DNA from: a virus
Taxonomy: Duplodnaviria; Caudoviricetes
Length of the DNA stretch: 34,979 nt
IMG/VR virus record: IMGVR_UViG_3300034107_000557
Span: 1 to 34,979 of that record
Strand: one strand, 5' to 3'
The translations under genes and the position numbers were made by a program. Each line of letters opens with the position of its first letter. Position 1 is the first letter of the stretch. Positions 24,532 through 33,942 of the stretch are shown here, one piece after another. Under the pieces are notes generated by a model. It had not been told where the DNA came from and made no database searches. It saw nothing but the letters and a program-made list of their open reading frames with translations.

Positions 24532-25749
24532 ATGAATCCCGTCAGCAACCGCCGCAAGCTCCAGGACGAGGCATCGAAGATCCACACGGACATCGAGGCT
24601 CTCCGCGCCGCCGCCCCCGAGTCCGACCAGGAACAGGCCGACAACCTGGGAAGGCTCGGTGAGCTCGAAGCCCGGGCCGACTCCATCGCGGTCGAGCTCG
24701 AGCGGGAGAACGCGACCGACGCCCGGCTTGCCCGCCTCCGCACCGCTGCCAGCAACGTGGCCGAGCATCGAGGCTCCGACGATCCGGAGAAGGCGAAGGC
24801 CCAGCAGCTGGCCCAGTTCGGCGGTTCGCGATACTCCGACGAGGCCCGTCTGCTTCGGATCTCCCAGTACCTCCGCGGTCTCCGCGATGGCACGGTCCAG
24901 GCCCGGGCGCTCTCCGAGACCGGCTCTGCCGGGGCGGGGCCCGAGTTCAACCCGCCGACGGACCTGTACAACGAAATCGTGAACATCATCAACCGGCAGT
25001 CCATCGGGGCCCAGCTGGCCACGACGATCGCGACGAACAGCCGGACGGTCGACGTTCCTAAGCTCGGCCTGGTGACCGCCGACTTCGTGGCCGAGAACAC
25101 CGCGCCCACCGCGCAGGATCCGACGACGTCGAAGGTCTCGCTGACGGTGTTCGACGCGAAGGCCGAAGTCGACATCAGCAACAACCTCCTCGACGACTCG
25201 CCGCTCGATGTCGCCGGGTACGTCACGCAGGCCATCGGCAACGGCTTCGCGAAGTTCGCGGATACCGTCTGGCTCCAGGGCCATGTCGGCAACTCGATCG
25301 CCGGTCTTTACGCCGGAATCTCCGCTGGCCGGAAGGCCACCGTGGCGGCCGGCTCGGTGATCTCCGCGGCCAACGTTGGGACCGTCATCGGCTCGATCGA
25401 TCCGATGGTCATGGGCGATTTCGCCTGGGTCGTCAGCGGTGCCGGCTGGGGCCAACTCCTCGCCCTCGAGGGGACGCGGTTCGTCCAGCCGATGGTCGGC
25501 GGCGGGGCTCCCATCCCGACCGTGTGGGGCGTGCCGGTCTACAAGTCGGACCTCCTCCCGGCCAACGTCCTCGCGGTCTACGGGGCGTTCAAGATGACGA
25601 CCGCGATCGCCATGCGGAAGGAGCTCTCGGTCACGCCGCTCCGTGAGCTCAAGGCCCGCGAAAACCAGACGGTCTACCTCGCTCACGGCCGCTTCGGCCT
25701 GGCGAACCACGACCCGTCCTACGCCGGTGCCATCCTCCAGGGCACCTGA
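24532..25749 (+). CDS. HK97-fold major capsid protein
   Basis: Coiled-coil delta domain; V.E, IS..LL.DS..D, WGVPV, R.G motifs. Confidence 0.92.
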   Translation: MNPVSNRRKLQDEASKIHTDIEALRAAAPESDQEQADNLGRLGELEARADSIAVELERENATDARLARLRTAASNVAEHRGSDDPEKAKAQQLAQFGGSRYSDEARLLRISQYLRGLRDGTVQARALSETGSAGAGPEFNPPTDLYNEIVNIINRQSIGAQLATTIATNSRTVDVPKLGLVTADFVAENTAPTAQDPTTSKVSLTVFDAKAEVDISNNLLDDSPLDVAGYVTQAIGNGFAKFADTVWLQGHVGNSIAGLYAGISAGRKATVAAGSVISAANVGTVIGSIDPMVMGDFAWVVSGAGWGQLLALEGTRFVQPMVGGGAPIPTVWGVPVYKSDLLPANVLAVYGAFKMTTAIAMRKELSVTPLRELKARENQTVYLAHGRFGLANHDPSYAGAILQGT

Positions 25750-25780
25750 TCCCCTGGCCCCTGACTCCCGCCCGTCTCCA

Positions 25781-25822
25781 GCGGCCGGGCGAGGCTCACC
25801 CCTCGCCCGGCCGCCCCCCTTT
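25781..25822 (+). terminator. Strong hairpin after capsid gene (terminator/attenuator)
   Basis: GCGGCCGGGCGAGG-ctcacc-CCTCGCCCGGCCGC, perfect 14-bp stem; weak U tract. Confidence 0.55.
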
Positions 25823-25835
25823 CCGGAGTTCTCCG

Positions 25836-26036
25836 ATGCCGACCGTCTCGATCAAGTTCCGCCAGGACTATGGCGACCACGCCGCCGGGGCCGTCGTCCA
25901 ACTCCCCGAGGCGATGGCCCGCCACCTCGTCGACTGCGGCCTGGCCACGTTCGTCGCCACCCCCGAGCCGGCGGAGCTTCCCGTCGAGCGAGCCGATGCC
26001 CCGAAGCCCAAGCACATCCAACGCGCCACCAAGTAA
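25836..26036 (+). CDS. Small capsid-linked protein
   Basis: GGAG SD; G..V.L....A..L...G.A pattern. Confidence 0.65.
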   Translation: MPTVSIKFRQDYGDHAAGAVVQLPEAMARHLVDCGLATFVATPEPAELPVERADAPKPKHIQRATK

Positions 26037-26048
26037 CTCGGGGGGCCC

Positions 26049-26672
26049 ATGCTCAAAGTCCGCTCCCTGAAGCAACTCTCCGAGCCCGAGGTCGAGCCCG
26101 TGTCGCTGGCGGCAGCGAAGGGGCAGGTGGGCCTGTTGCCAGAGCAATCCGACGACGACGCTCTCCTGCTGCGCTTGATCTCCACCGGCCGCCGGCTGGT
26201 GGAGCAGCGCCTCGGGACGACGCTGGCAACCCGGCAGTTCAGGGCCACCATCGTCGGTGACCTCGACAACCATGGCCACCACCACGGCCTCTACCACCAG
26301 CATTACCACCACCGGGACGAGCTCCGCATTCCGCTCCCGCCGCTCCTGGTGGACGGGACGCACCCGCTGGCCATCACCGTGGGCGGGGTGGCCGTCAACC
26401 CAGCCACCTACACGATCGACTCCGACTCCACCCCCGCGGTGATCCGGTTCACCGCCTGGCCGACGTTCGACGATGACGCCCCGCTCGTGGTGACGTTCTG
26501 GGCAGGGCCCGCGTCGGGCGGCCGGATCGAGCCGGCGGCCGAGTCCGTGATCCTGCTGTTCGTCGCTCACGGGTTCAAGCACCGCGAGGGGGTGGTTCCC
26601 GGCAGCGTCAACGAGCTCCCCATGGGCATCGAGACGCTCCTGGCGTCGATCTCGATCACGGGGGCCTACTGA
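26049..26672 (+). CDS. Head-tail connector (gp6/gp15-like)
   Basis: EPVSL..AK, DDALL..LI..., ILL.VAH.F.HRE motifs; His-rich insertion. Confidence 0.85.
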   Translation: MLKVRSLKQLSEPEVEPVSLAAAKGQVGLLPEQSDDDALLLRLISTGRRLVEQRLGTTLATRQFRATIVGDLDNHGHHHGLYHQHYHHRDELRIPLPPLLVDGTHPLAITVGGVAVNPATYTIDSDSTPAVIRFTAWPTFDDDAPLVVTFWAGPASGGRIEPAAESVILLFVAHGFKHREGVVPGSVNELPMGIETLLASISITGAY

Positions 26673-27013
26673 TGGGCGACCGCACCGCCGCCGGCATGAA
26701 AGTCCATACCTTCCGCTTCGAGCGGCCGGTGGAGACGCGGAACGCCGTCGGTGAGGTGTCGTCGATCTCTTGGGTGAAGATCGCCCGACGCCGGGGCTCC
26801 ATCGAGCAAGTCGGCTACAGCGAGACGCAGGACCAGGGCCAGACCTCCGGGCAGGCCTCCTACCTGATCGTCGTCCCCTCGGTCCCAGGCCTCGACGGTT
26901 CGTCCCGGATCATCTGGGAAAGCCGGCTCGGCCGGATCCTGGTGGTTTCCTCGGTCGTCGGGGATGACGCCGACCCGGAGCAGACCATCCAGGCCTCGGA
27001 GAAGAAGACATGA
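26672..27013 (+). CDS. Head closure protein (SPP1 gp16-like)
   Basis: Position and N..GE...W motif. Confidence 0.75.
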   Translation: MGDRTAAGMKVHTFRFERPVETRNAVGEVSSISWVKIARRRGSIEQVGYSETQDQGQTSGQASYLIVVPSVPGLDGSSRIIWESRLGRILVVSSVVGDDADPEQTIQASEKKT

Positions 27014-27564
27014 GCGCCCCGGGCCTCTTCTTCTCCGCGTTCTTCTCTGAGAAGTCCAATCGCGACATCGATGACCTGATCCGCGCCTACGCCAAGCTTC
27101 CCGGCTCAGTGGCCCGGAAGCACCTCAAGGCCGCGATCCGGCGATCGATCAAGCCATTCACGCCGGCGCTCAAGGCCGCGACACCCCGCGGAAAAACCGG
27201 CAACCTACGGCGATCGGTCATCACCGTCGTGAAGTTCGGCACCAAGGTCTCCCGCGGGGCCAACGAGGCTTTCCGCGGAACCGCCATCGGGATCGTGGGC
27301 TTCAGCCGGAAGGGCAAGAAAAAGAATCAGAAGGGGGATCACAGCGTCCTCGTCGAGGCCGGCAGCAAGCCGCGCCGCCGGAAGGGAATCCGGGGCAACT
27401 CCTTCAGCGCTGGCCAGGGCTCCACCGGGACCATGCCCCCGAAACATATGTTGCGCGACACGCTCGCCGCCAAGCGGTCAGGCATCCTGTCGAACATGGA
27501 AATCGAAATGGGTGTGAGCCTCGAGCGGGCCACCCAGGAAGCAGCCCGCCGCGCCTCCCTCTGA
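27010..27564 (+). CDS. HK97 gp10-like neck protein
   Basis: TP..KTGNLRRS, LVE.G, MPP.H motifs. Confidence 0.78.
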   Translation: MSAPGLFFSAFFSEKSNRDIDDLIRAYAKLPGSVARKHLKAAIRRSIKPFTPALKAATPRGKTGNLRRSVITVVKFGTKVSRGANEAFRGTAIGIVGFSRKGKKKNQKGDHSVLVEAGSKPRRRKGIRGNSFSAGQGSTGTMPPKHMLRDTLAAKRSGILSNMEIEMGVSLERATQEAARRASL

Positions 27565-27581
27565 CTCCCCGGAGATCCATC

Positions 27582-27722
27582 ATGGACACCGTTCTCGTCC
27601 GATTCACGAATCCCTGGGGCCGCTACCTCCCGGGCGATTCCCTCTTCGTCGATGCCGCCCTCCTGGCTGAGCTCCTGGCCGCTGGCGTGATCGAGGCCGA
27701 CCCGGCCGGGGAGGCTGAATGA
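27582..27722 (+). CDS. 46-aa protein resembling ORF 25836 (not in ORF track)
   Basis: MDTVLVRFTNPWGRYLPGDSLFVDAALLAELLAAGVIE...; GGAG SD; ATGA overlap. Confidence 0.6.
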   Translation: MDTVLVRFTNPWGRYLPGDSLFVDAALLAELLAAGVIEADPAGEAE

Positions 27723-28114
27723 GCAGCCCCGAAGCCTGGCTCAAGGCGACGATCGAGACCGCCGCCGGGGCTCTGGCCTGGCCGGTGGCAGTGTCGGAGT
27801 CTGCCGGCCTGCCCTTCGTCGTCTACTCCCGCGAATCGACCGAGCGGCCCCTCCAGACGAGCGGCCTGACCGGGTTTGCGGATGGGGAGTTCACGCTCGA
27901 GGTGTGCGGGGCCACATGGACATCGGCCCGGACTGTGGCGGATGCGATCGTGGCCGCGGTCCAGAACTTCACCGGCACTGCCCATGGGGCCATTATCGAC
28001 CACGTTCACGTTGGGAGTGATCGAGACGGCACCGCCGTCTATCTCACCGATGGCCAGGATCTGCCGTCCTATTTCGTGATCGAGCTGCAAATCTTCATCC
28101 GCTGGAGAGAGTGA
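27719..28114 (+). CDS. Tail terminator/completion protein
   Basis: LPFVVY motif, A..VADAI helix, position before tail tube genes. Confidence 0.75.
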   Translation: MSSPEAWLKATIETAAGALAWPVAVSESAGLPFVVYSRESTERPLQTSGLTGFADGEFTLEVCGATWTSARTVADAIVAAVQNFTGTAHGAIIDHVHVGSDRDGTAVYLTDGQDLPSYFVIELQIFIRWRE

Positions 28115-28116
28115 CA

Positions 28117-28470
28117 ATGCCCGCACTTCCCGCAGTCCTCGACACGATGCAGGGGCTCACGTTCTCCTTCAATTCCATCGAGTTCCGCGCCACGAACATC
28201 AAGCGGAAGGAAACCCGCCCGCTTGTCGATGTCTCCGACTGCTCCCAGGCCGCCGACTCGCTGCGGATTTATCAGGCCGAGCCACTCAAGGACGGCGACG
28301 AAATCAGCCTGGAATACTTCGGGAAGAATCCCCCGACCAAGGGCACGAAGTACGCGATCTCCTGCTCCGGTCTGGCGATCACCGGCAACGCCTTCTGTAC
28401 GGATGTCGAAGAGGGTGGCGCTGTCGGTGAGTACGTCAGGGGAACGGCCACCTTCAAGATCTCTGGCTGA
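28117..28470 (+). CDS. Tail tube-like protein 1
   Basis: VDVSD, L.DG.EIS, A.GE...GTATFKISG; position. Confidence 0.65.
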   Translation: MPALPAVLDTMQGLTFSFNSIEFRATNIKRKETRPLVDVSDCSQAADSLRIYQAEPLKDGDEISLEYFGKNPPTKGTKYAISCSGLAITGNAFCTDVEEGGAVGEYVRGTATFKISG

Positions 28471-28484
28471 ATGGGGGACGGTCC

Positions 28485-28865
28485 ATGACCGCTATCCCAT
28501 CCGCGCAAAACGTCTCCGTTTCCTTTGGCGGGGTCGCGCTCGGTGGCCTGATCGGATTCGACGAGCAATACTCCGCTGCGTCTCCGACCGACACCACCGG
28601 GGCCACCGCCACGATCGTCGGCAGTGGCGGCAACACGCGAGTGATCCGCCAAGTCGAGATCACCATGATCGAGCCCGGCTCGATCTCTTTCCGGTGTTGG
28701 GGGAATCCCCCCTTCGCCCGATCCGACATCGGCCTCTCGGCCACGCTGTCGTTCACCATCGCTGGCAACACGACCAGCTGGCCCGCCCAACTGGCAAACG
28801 TCCAGCGCGTCGGCTCTGCCGGTGAACTGATCCAAGGCTCCTATCAATTCCAGTTCATGGGGTAA
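28485..28865 (+). CDS. Tail tube-like protein 2
   Basis: TDTT, IEPGSIS, GE...GS..F...G; resembles the previous ORF. Confidence 0.6.
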   Translation: MTAIPSAQNVSVSFGGVALGGLIGFDEQYSAASPTDTTGATATIVGSGGNTRVIRQVEITMIEPGSISFRCWGNPPFARSDIGLSATLSFTIAGNTTSWPAQLANVQRVGSAGELIQGSYQFQFMG

Positions 28866-28867
28866 CG

Positions 28868-29233
28868 ATGCTCTCCCGCGACGATCTCCTCGGCCTTGAG
28901 GCCAACAAGACGGCCCCCCCGACGCGGCTCCATGTCGCCGCGTGGGGCGGGGATGTCTTCCTCCTGGATCCGACCGCCCAGGCCTATGACGAGTGGGCGC
29001 TGTGGTGCGAGAAGAACAAGGACAAAGCGGACCCCCCGTACCGGGCAAAGCTGGCGTCTCTCCTGCTCTGCGACGAGTCCGGGAAGCGGCTTTTCACCGG
29101 CGACGACGTCCAGACGCTTGCCGCCTGGAAGCCCGACGGGCTGACGGAGGTATGGAAGGTCGGCGTCGAGCTCCTCAAGGTCGACGACAAGGAGATCGAG
29201 GACCAGGCGGAAAAATCCGCGGCCAGCCCCTGA
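28868..29233 (+). CDS. Tail assembly chaperone (G)
   Basis: MLSRDD.L, WGG.V, LCDE.GKRLF; precedes tape measure. Confidence 0.82.
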   Translation: MLSRDDLLGLEANKTAPPTRLHVAAWGGDVFLLDPTAQAYDEWALWCEKNKDKADPPYRAKLASLLLCDESGKRLFTGDDVQTLAAWKPDGLTEVWKVGVELLKVDDKEIEDQAEKSAASP

Positions 29234-29544
29234 ACCTGTTTCTCGGGCGGCTGGCCCTGGCGTGTGGAGAGTGGGATGTCGAAACGCTGTCGAAGCGGAT
29301 CACGCTCCGACAGCTGAAATGGTGGATGGCCTTCTGGCGCGTCGAGCCCTTCGGGGACGAATGGGCGAGGTCGGGGAAATTGGCCGCGGTGACGGCGGCG
29401 GCCCAAGGGGCCAAAGTCGAGCCCGACTTCGAGGAAAAGTTCCTGCCGAGCTACCGCTCTCCGGTCCAGACCGAAGAGGAGTTGAAAGCCCAGCTGCGAC
29501 GGATCCCGTTTTTCGCAAAGCAGATGGAAGAGAAGGGAATCTGA
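29209..29544 (+). CDS. Tail assembly chaperone -1 frameshift extension (G-T)
   Basis: GGAAAAA at 29209-29215; -1 frame open to 29544 with LA......L..W.AF...EP.G motif. Confidence 0.75.
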   Translation, partial: GKIRGQPLNLFLGRLALACGEWDVETLSKRITLRQLKWWMAFWRVEPFGDEWARSGKLAAVTAAAQGAKVEPDFEEKFLPSYRSPVQTEEELKAQLRRIPFFAKQMEEKGI

Positions 29545-29545
29545 C

Positions 29546-31015
29546 ATGGCTGGAATCGGCAAGGTCAGCGCGATCTTCACCGCCTCGAGCGCCGGGCTTT
29601 CCGCTGGCGTGTCCAAGGCAAGCTCCTCCCTGAAGGGGCTGCAGAGGGACGTCGCCAGCCTCCGCGGCGGGATGCAGCTGCTGAACGCGATCTCCGGGGC
29701 GCAGTTGCTCGGCTCCGTCGCGTCGACCGCCATGAGCTACGCCCGCTCCCTGATCAACGTGGGCCAGGCCCAGGCCGAGGCGATCGACTCGACGAGCAAA
29801 CTATCGGCCCGCCTCGGGATGACCTACTCGGAGTTGGCCGGCTTGGCCCACGCTGGCGACCTTGCCGGGGTGAGCATGGACACGATCGGGGCCGCCGCCA
29901 CGAAGGCAGACGTTGCCTTCGTGAAGGCCGCCCAGGGGTCGAAGACGGCCCAGGCGGGCTTCGCTGCCATCGGCCTTGAACTGGGCGATCTTCAAGGCTT
30001 GTCGTCCGCGGAGCGATTCTCAGAGATCGCTGATGCCATCGCCGGGCTCCCGACCGAAGCGGAGCGGGCCGCCGCAGCCGTCAAGCTGTTCGGCCGGGCC
30101 GGGGCGGAGTTGCTCCCCCTGTTTGCCGGCGGGGCAGGATCGATCCAGGAGGCCACCGAGGAGGCCCAGCGTTTCGGAATGGCCCTCACCGGGGCCCAGG
30201 GGCGGGACGTCGAGGCAATGAACGACTCGTTCTCCAAGGTCTCCGCGGCCATCGGCGGGATCATCAAGCAGGTCACCGCCTACCTTGCCCCCTCGATTAC
30301 CTCGATCGCCACCACGTTCACGGACTTCGTCGGCTCGATGGGCGGGGCCAACATCGGTCAGGCCATCGGAGAGGGGATCCTCGCCGCGGCCCGCTACATG
30401 GCCGGTGTCGGGGACTTCATCATCGGCGGGCTCACGACCGTGGGTGAGTACCTGACCTTCGTGGCCGGCAACTGGTCGACGGTGTTCGACTCGATCGGGC
30501 GGATCGGTTCGCTCCTGGCTGGGGTCGCCAGAGCATGGGCCGGATCGGTCCTCACCGTCCTCGGTGGTGCGGCCGGGATCGTCGGGCTGATCTCAAAGAC
30601 AGCACAAAACGCTTCCGACCGAATCATCGACGCGGCCCGCGGGCAATTCGCGGCGGCCGGTCAGAACTTCGAGGGGGCCTTCGGCACATCGAAGCCCGGC
30701 TCCGGGCCGCTGGCGACTGGCCTTGAGATCGCGCTGGCCAAGTCGCGGCTGGCCGCTGGTCAGTTCGACCAGGCCAACCGCCTCAAGGTCGGGGAAGCGG
30801 CTGGGGCTCTGGCTCCAGCCGGTGCCGCCGCCGCCGTCCGGCAGGAGGTCAAGGCCATCGACTCCCGCTCCAAAGAGGGCATCGCAGAGATGTTCCGCTT
30901 GATGCGTGGCGAGACGGAAGACGCGGCAGAGCGGACGGCTCGGGCCACCGAGCGGATCGCTGACAACACCGAGGACATGGGTGTCGACATCGAGGAGCTC
31001 TCCTTCGCGGGGTGA
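29546..31015 (+). CDS. Tape measure protein
   Basis: 489-aa Ala/Gly-rich helical protein, LFGRAG.ELLP motif, after chaperones. Confidence 0.88.
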   Translation: MAGIGKVSAIFTASSAGLSAGVSKASSSLKGLQRDVASLRGGMQLLNAISGAQLLGSVASTAMSYARSLINVGQAQAEAIDSTSKLSARLGMTYSELAGLAHAGDLAGVSMDTIGAAATKADVAFVKAAQGSKTAQAGFAAIGLELGDLQGLSSAERFSEIADAIAGLPTEAERAAAAVKLFGRAGAELLPLFAGGAGSIQEATEEAQRFGMALTGAQGRDVEAMNDSFSKVSAAIGGIIKQVTAYLAPSITSIATTFTDFVGSMGGANIGQAIGEGILAAARYMAGVGDFIIGGLTTVGEYLTFVAGNWSTVFDSIGRIGSLLAGVARAWAGSVLTVLGGAAGIVGLISKTAQNASDRIIDAARGQFAAAGQNFEGAFGTSKPGSGPLATGLEIALAKSRLAAGQFDQANRLKVGEAAGALAPAGAAAAVRQEVKAIDSRSKEGIAEMFRLMRGETEDAAERTARATERIADNTEDMGVDIEELSFAG

Positions 31016-31018
31016 ATC

Positions 31019-31915
31019 ATGGCCGTCATCGCAACCAAGTACACACCCAACAAGGCCTCCGGTGACGGGGAGTTTCGGCAGTCCCACAACCTGTCGGAAA
31101 CGTGGCTGGTGCGTGTCGATGCACCGCCGCCGACTACCAGCGTGGCCGCGATCCTCACCGCTCCCGGCGTGGCCTACGGCACGGCTCACCCGTCCTTCGC
31201 CGCCTGTAAGGCGATGAAGTGGAGCTACTCGGCTATCGACGGTTCCGGTCTGCTGTGGGCGGTAACAGTTCAGTATTACGTTCCGACCGTCGAAGTAGAC
31301 CCGATGACCGGCCTACCAATGGATGCATGGCAAGCCCGAGGCACCACGCAAACGCTGCCGTTCTATCAGGACCGCAACGGCAACATCCTCGCCAACTCCG
31401 CAGGCGATCCGCTCGAGGGGATGGAGCGCGAGATCTGCTACATGGGGTGGACGCTGACCCGTTCCTATACGTCGATCAACACAGCGTTCGCGCAGATCAA
31501 AGGATCGTCGAACAAGACTAACAACGACCTCTGGCCGAGCCTTGGTTCAAGTGCGGTCGACACTTGGAAATGCACCTTCGGTAATCTTCAAAAGAGGATC
31601 ATCGTTACCCAAAGCGGAGCAACGCAAACGGCAACCGCCTACTGGGAGGCCACGTTCGAGATTGATTACAAGGAAGATACTTGGCATGTGAAGCCCTGGG
31701 ACATGGGGTTCAACGAGCGGGTTGATGCCACCGGAATGCCGACGAGCACCGGAACAAACAGGCGGGCCATCCTTGGGAGGGAAGGACGGCCGGTGAAACA
31801 GGCTGTCGCTCTGGCCAGCGGTGTCGCCCTCCCGCCGGGGACTCCACCCGTGGCGCTCGACTTCGACCCCTACGGAAAAATCTCCTTCACCTCCGCCTTC
31901 GGAACCCCATCATGA
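31019..31915 (+). CDS. Putative distal tail / tail tip protein
   Basis: Directly after tape measure; HP, NSAGDP, D.GF motifs. Confidence 0.65.
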   Translation: MAVIATKYTPNKASGDGEFRQSHNLSETWLVRVDAPPPTTSVAAILTAPGVAYGTAHPSFAACKAMKWSYSAIDGSGLLWAVTVQYYVPTVEVDPMTGLPMDAWQARGTTQTLPFYQDRNGNILANSAGDPLEGMEREICYMGWTLTRSYTSINTAFAQIKGSSNKTNNDLWPSLGSSAVDTWKCTFGNLQKRIIVTQSGATQTATAYWEATFEIDYKEDTWHVKPWDMGFNERVDATGMPTSTGTNRRAILGREGRPVKQAVALASGVALPPGTPPVALDFDPYGKISFTSAFGTPS

Positions 31916-32634
31916 CAAGGCGAATTGTCGGGGCATCCCGCGAAACGTGGGGGCGGATCAGTCGAGCCGTTCGCGGTGTCGAGAACAGCGGCCGAGGTGG
32001 CACCTCGCAACCTGCCGACTACGGATCAGGTGACGACTCGGACGCGGTCCTCTGCAAGACAACCGCGGCCTGGTCCAAGAACTCCTCCGCCACGCTCCAG
32101 GTCTGGGCCGGTGAGCCGGGCAGCGAGACAAACACTGGTGTCACGCTCACGGCATACAACCGCGTGGCAGCATTCAAGTCGGGCGATTTCGTCACCGTCC
32201 AATTGAACCGCCACGGCTTTTACTACGTCGTCGGCGCTGGCGGAGGCTCGGTAAAGCTCTCACGGACAACGTCGGTGTGGGAGAAGGGCACGACGGCTTC
32301 CCTGGTGGTCTACGGCGGGACGCCTGGATCAGAGGCAGCGACCGGCGAGACCTTCAACGCCTTCAACAACTTCGGCAAGGTTCTCTCCGGAAAGTGGGTG
32401 ATGATCGGAGAGACCGCCGAAGGACAACACTACCTCATCGCGCCCGAGTCCGATCAGGTCGAGTTGGTCTACACCGCCGAGATCGTGTCGACGACAGCCT
32501 CGGGTGTCACGACATCGAAGCTGGTATTCCGCCGGAAAAAGGTCTGGGTCCACTCCATTGAGGAAGGGACGCCGGTCGAAATTGGAATGACCGAGTGCGT
32601 CACCCCGTACAGCAACAATCAAGGCGGCTACTGA
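31912..32634 (+). CDS. Putative tail-tip protein with internal duplication
   Basis: Two ~55-aa repeats (TT..W.K...A.L.V..G.PGSE..TG.T..A.N). Confidence 0.7.
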   Translation: MTRRIVGASRETWGRISRAVRGVENSGRGGTSQPADYGSGDDSDAVLCKTTAAWSKNSSATLQVWAGEPGSETNTGVTLTAYNRVAAFKSGDFVTVQLNRHGFYYVVGAGGGSVKLSRTTSVWEKGTTASLVVYGGTPGSEAATGETFNAFNNFGKVLSGKWVMIGETAEGQHYLIAPESDQVELVYTAEIVSTTASGVTTSKLVFRRKKVWVHSIEEGTPVEIGMTECVTPYSNNQGGY

Positions 32635-32635
32635 G

Positions 32636-33070
32636 GTGGCAGGGCTCATAACCTATAACGGCCTGCTACTCCTGAAGGGTGGCGGGCTGGCCGCTAATAA
32701 AGCCTGCTGCTGCACTGGCGTAATCTGCTACTGCTTTCGGCAGTATGCCAACTACGGGCAGATAACCGTTTCTCGGTTCGTGCGGTGCTACCGCCAGTCG
32801 TATTTTAATCCTGTCCTGAATGTTATCGTCTTTCCAGACGGAGTCCCCGGCGGATGGGGTGATTCGCCTTGCCAACCAAACTCCGCCGGCTGGTTCTTTA
32901 ACGTGGCGAACAACGCTTTCAGCAATCCCCCATGGGCGGAGGGATCCCAGCCTCCTGGGTTCCCGTCAGCGACAGGATGTGGAGGCGCAAACGGTGAGGG
33001 GTGGAACATCACTCCCATCGACAACGCGACCCAGGCCGCCGCATGCACCCCGATCGGGAGCCCGCCGTAA
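32636..33070 (+). CDS. Cys-rich putative minor tail protein (allele 2)
   Basis: Homologue of 322-756. Confidence 0.7.
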   Translation: MAGLITYNGLLLLKGGGLAANKACCCTGVICYCFRQYANYGQITVSRFVRCYRQSYFNPVLNVIVFPDGVPGGWGDSPCQPNSAGWFFNVANNAFSNPPWAEGSQPPGFPSATGCGGANGEGWNITPIDNATQAAACTPIGSPP

Positions 33071-33570
33071 TGCTCGTCTCCCTCGATGCTGTCAAAGCCG
33101 TCGCGCACATGCGGCCCGCGGGGTACGTCGAAGCGATCCTCGGGAGCGGTTTTTGGCGCTTTGATCCCGATGTCGGAGAGGTGGTCGACATCCCCGACGC
33201 GGCCTACTGGGATCTGGTCCGCACCTACTCCCCGGGTGAGTTCGGCGGCCGACTTGCCCTCCATGCCTGCGGCCCCGGATGCCAGTTGAAACGCTCCCTG
33301 GCATGGTGGGGAATCAAGGACGACGGCTCCTGCGGTTGCTCCGACTATGCCGCGATGCTCGACGCCTGGGGGCCGGATGAATGCTGGCGGCGGATCGAGG
33401 AGATCGTCTCGCACCTGCGGGAGGCCGCCGAGAAAAAGTCCCTTCCGTTCATCGCCACCGCGGCCCGGATCCTGGTAGCCCGGGCCATCGAGGCCGCAAG
33501 GAAGGAGGTTGCCCATGGCATCGCGCAAGGCGAAGAAGGGGCCGGGCCAGACCTGGTCCGGGCTCGATGA
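33070..33570 (+). CDS. Hypothetical protein (allele 2)
   Basis: Homologue of 756-1262 with divergent patches. Confidence 0.75.
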   Translation: MLVSLDAVKAVAHMRPAGYVEAILGSGFWRFDPDVGEVVDIPDAAYWDLVRTYSPGEFGGRLALHACGPGCQLKRSLAWWGIKDDGSCGCSDYAAMLDAWGPDECWRRIEEIVSHLREAAEKKSLPFIATAARILVARAIEAARKEVAHGIAQGEEGAGPDLVRAR

Positions 33571-33703
33571 AGACGACATCACCGGCCAGGCCGAGGCAGA
33601 GGATTCCCAGCTGATCGAGTTCGGCCGGCGGTCCCAGGATCCGCCCACGGAACAGCCCGAGAAGAAGGAGCGCCGCCGATGCCCCCGAAAGCCCCCTCGC
33701 TGA
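33515..33703 (+). CDS. Small charged hypothetical protein (allele 2)
   Basis: Homologue of 1207-1395; AGGAGG SD. Confidence 0.55.
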   Translation: MASRKAKKGPGQTWSGLDEDDITGQAEAEDSQLIEFGRRSQDPPTEQPEKKERRRCPRKPPR

Positions 33704-33942
33704 AGGACGAGATCATCCGCGGCATCACCGAGAACAAAAAAGGCCCGCGCGGCTGGTTCGACAAGATCGCCCCCGACGTCCAGGCCGAGCTCGTCGAGAT
33801 CCGGGCCGACTTCCGCGAGGGCAGGACCGAGGGATCGAAGACGGCAGTATCGGACTCCATCCACCGGGTGTTGAAGGCCCGCGGCCTGATCACCGTCACC
33901 CGCGCGGAGGTGTTCAGATGGTTCAACAAGCGCGAGGACTGA
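33679..33942 (+). CDS. Hypothetical protein (allele 2)
   Basis: Homologue of 1371-1634. Confidence 0.7.
   Translation: MPPKAPSLKDEIIRGITENKKGPRGWFDKIAPDVQAELVEIRADFREGRTEGSKTAVSDSIHRVLKARGLITVTRAEVFRWFNKRED

Larger units (their letters stand above)
1..32314. mobile_element. Temperate tailed phage/prophage genome, one full unit (HK97-type head, non-contractile tail)
   Basis: Integrase, replication, terminase, portal, protease, capsid, head-tail and tape-measure genes are all present; the sequence returns to the starting gene at offset 32314. Confidence 0.93.

Noticed and set aside
1-32314. Gene transfer agent interpretation
   Set aside because: Integrase, replication initiator, SSB and RusA are present, consistent with an autonomous phage
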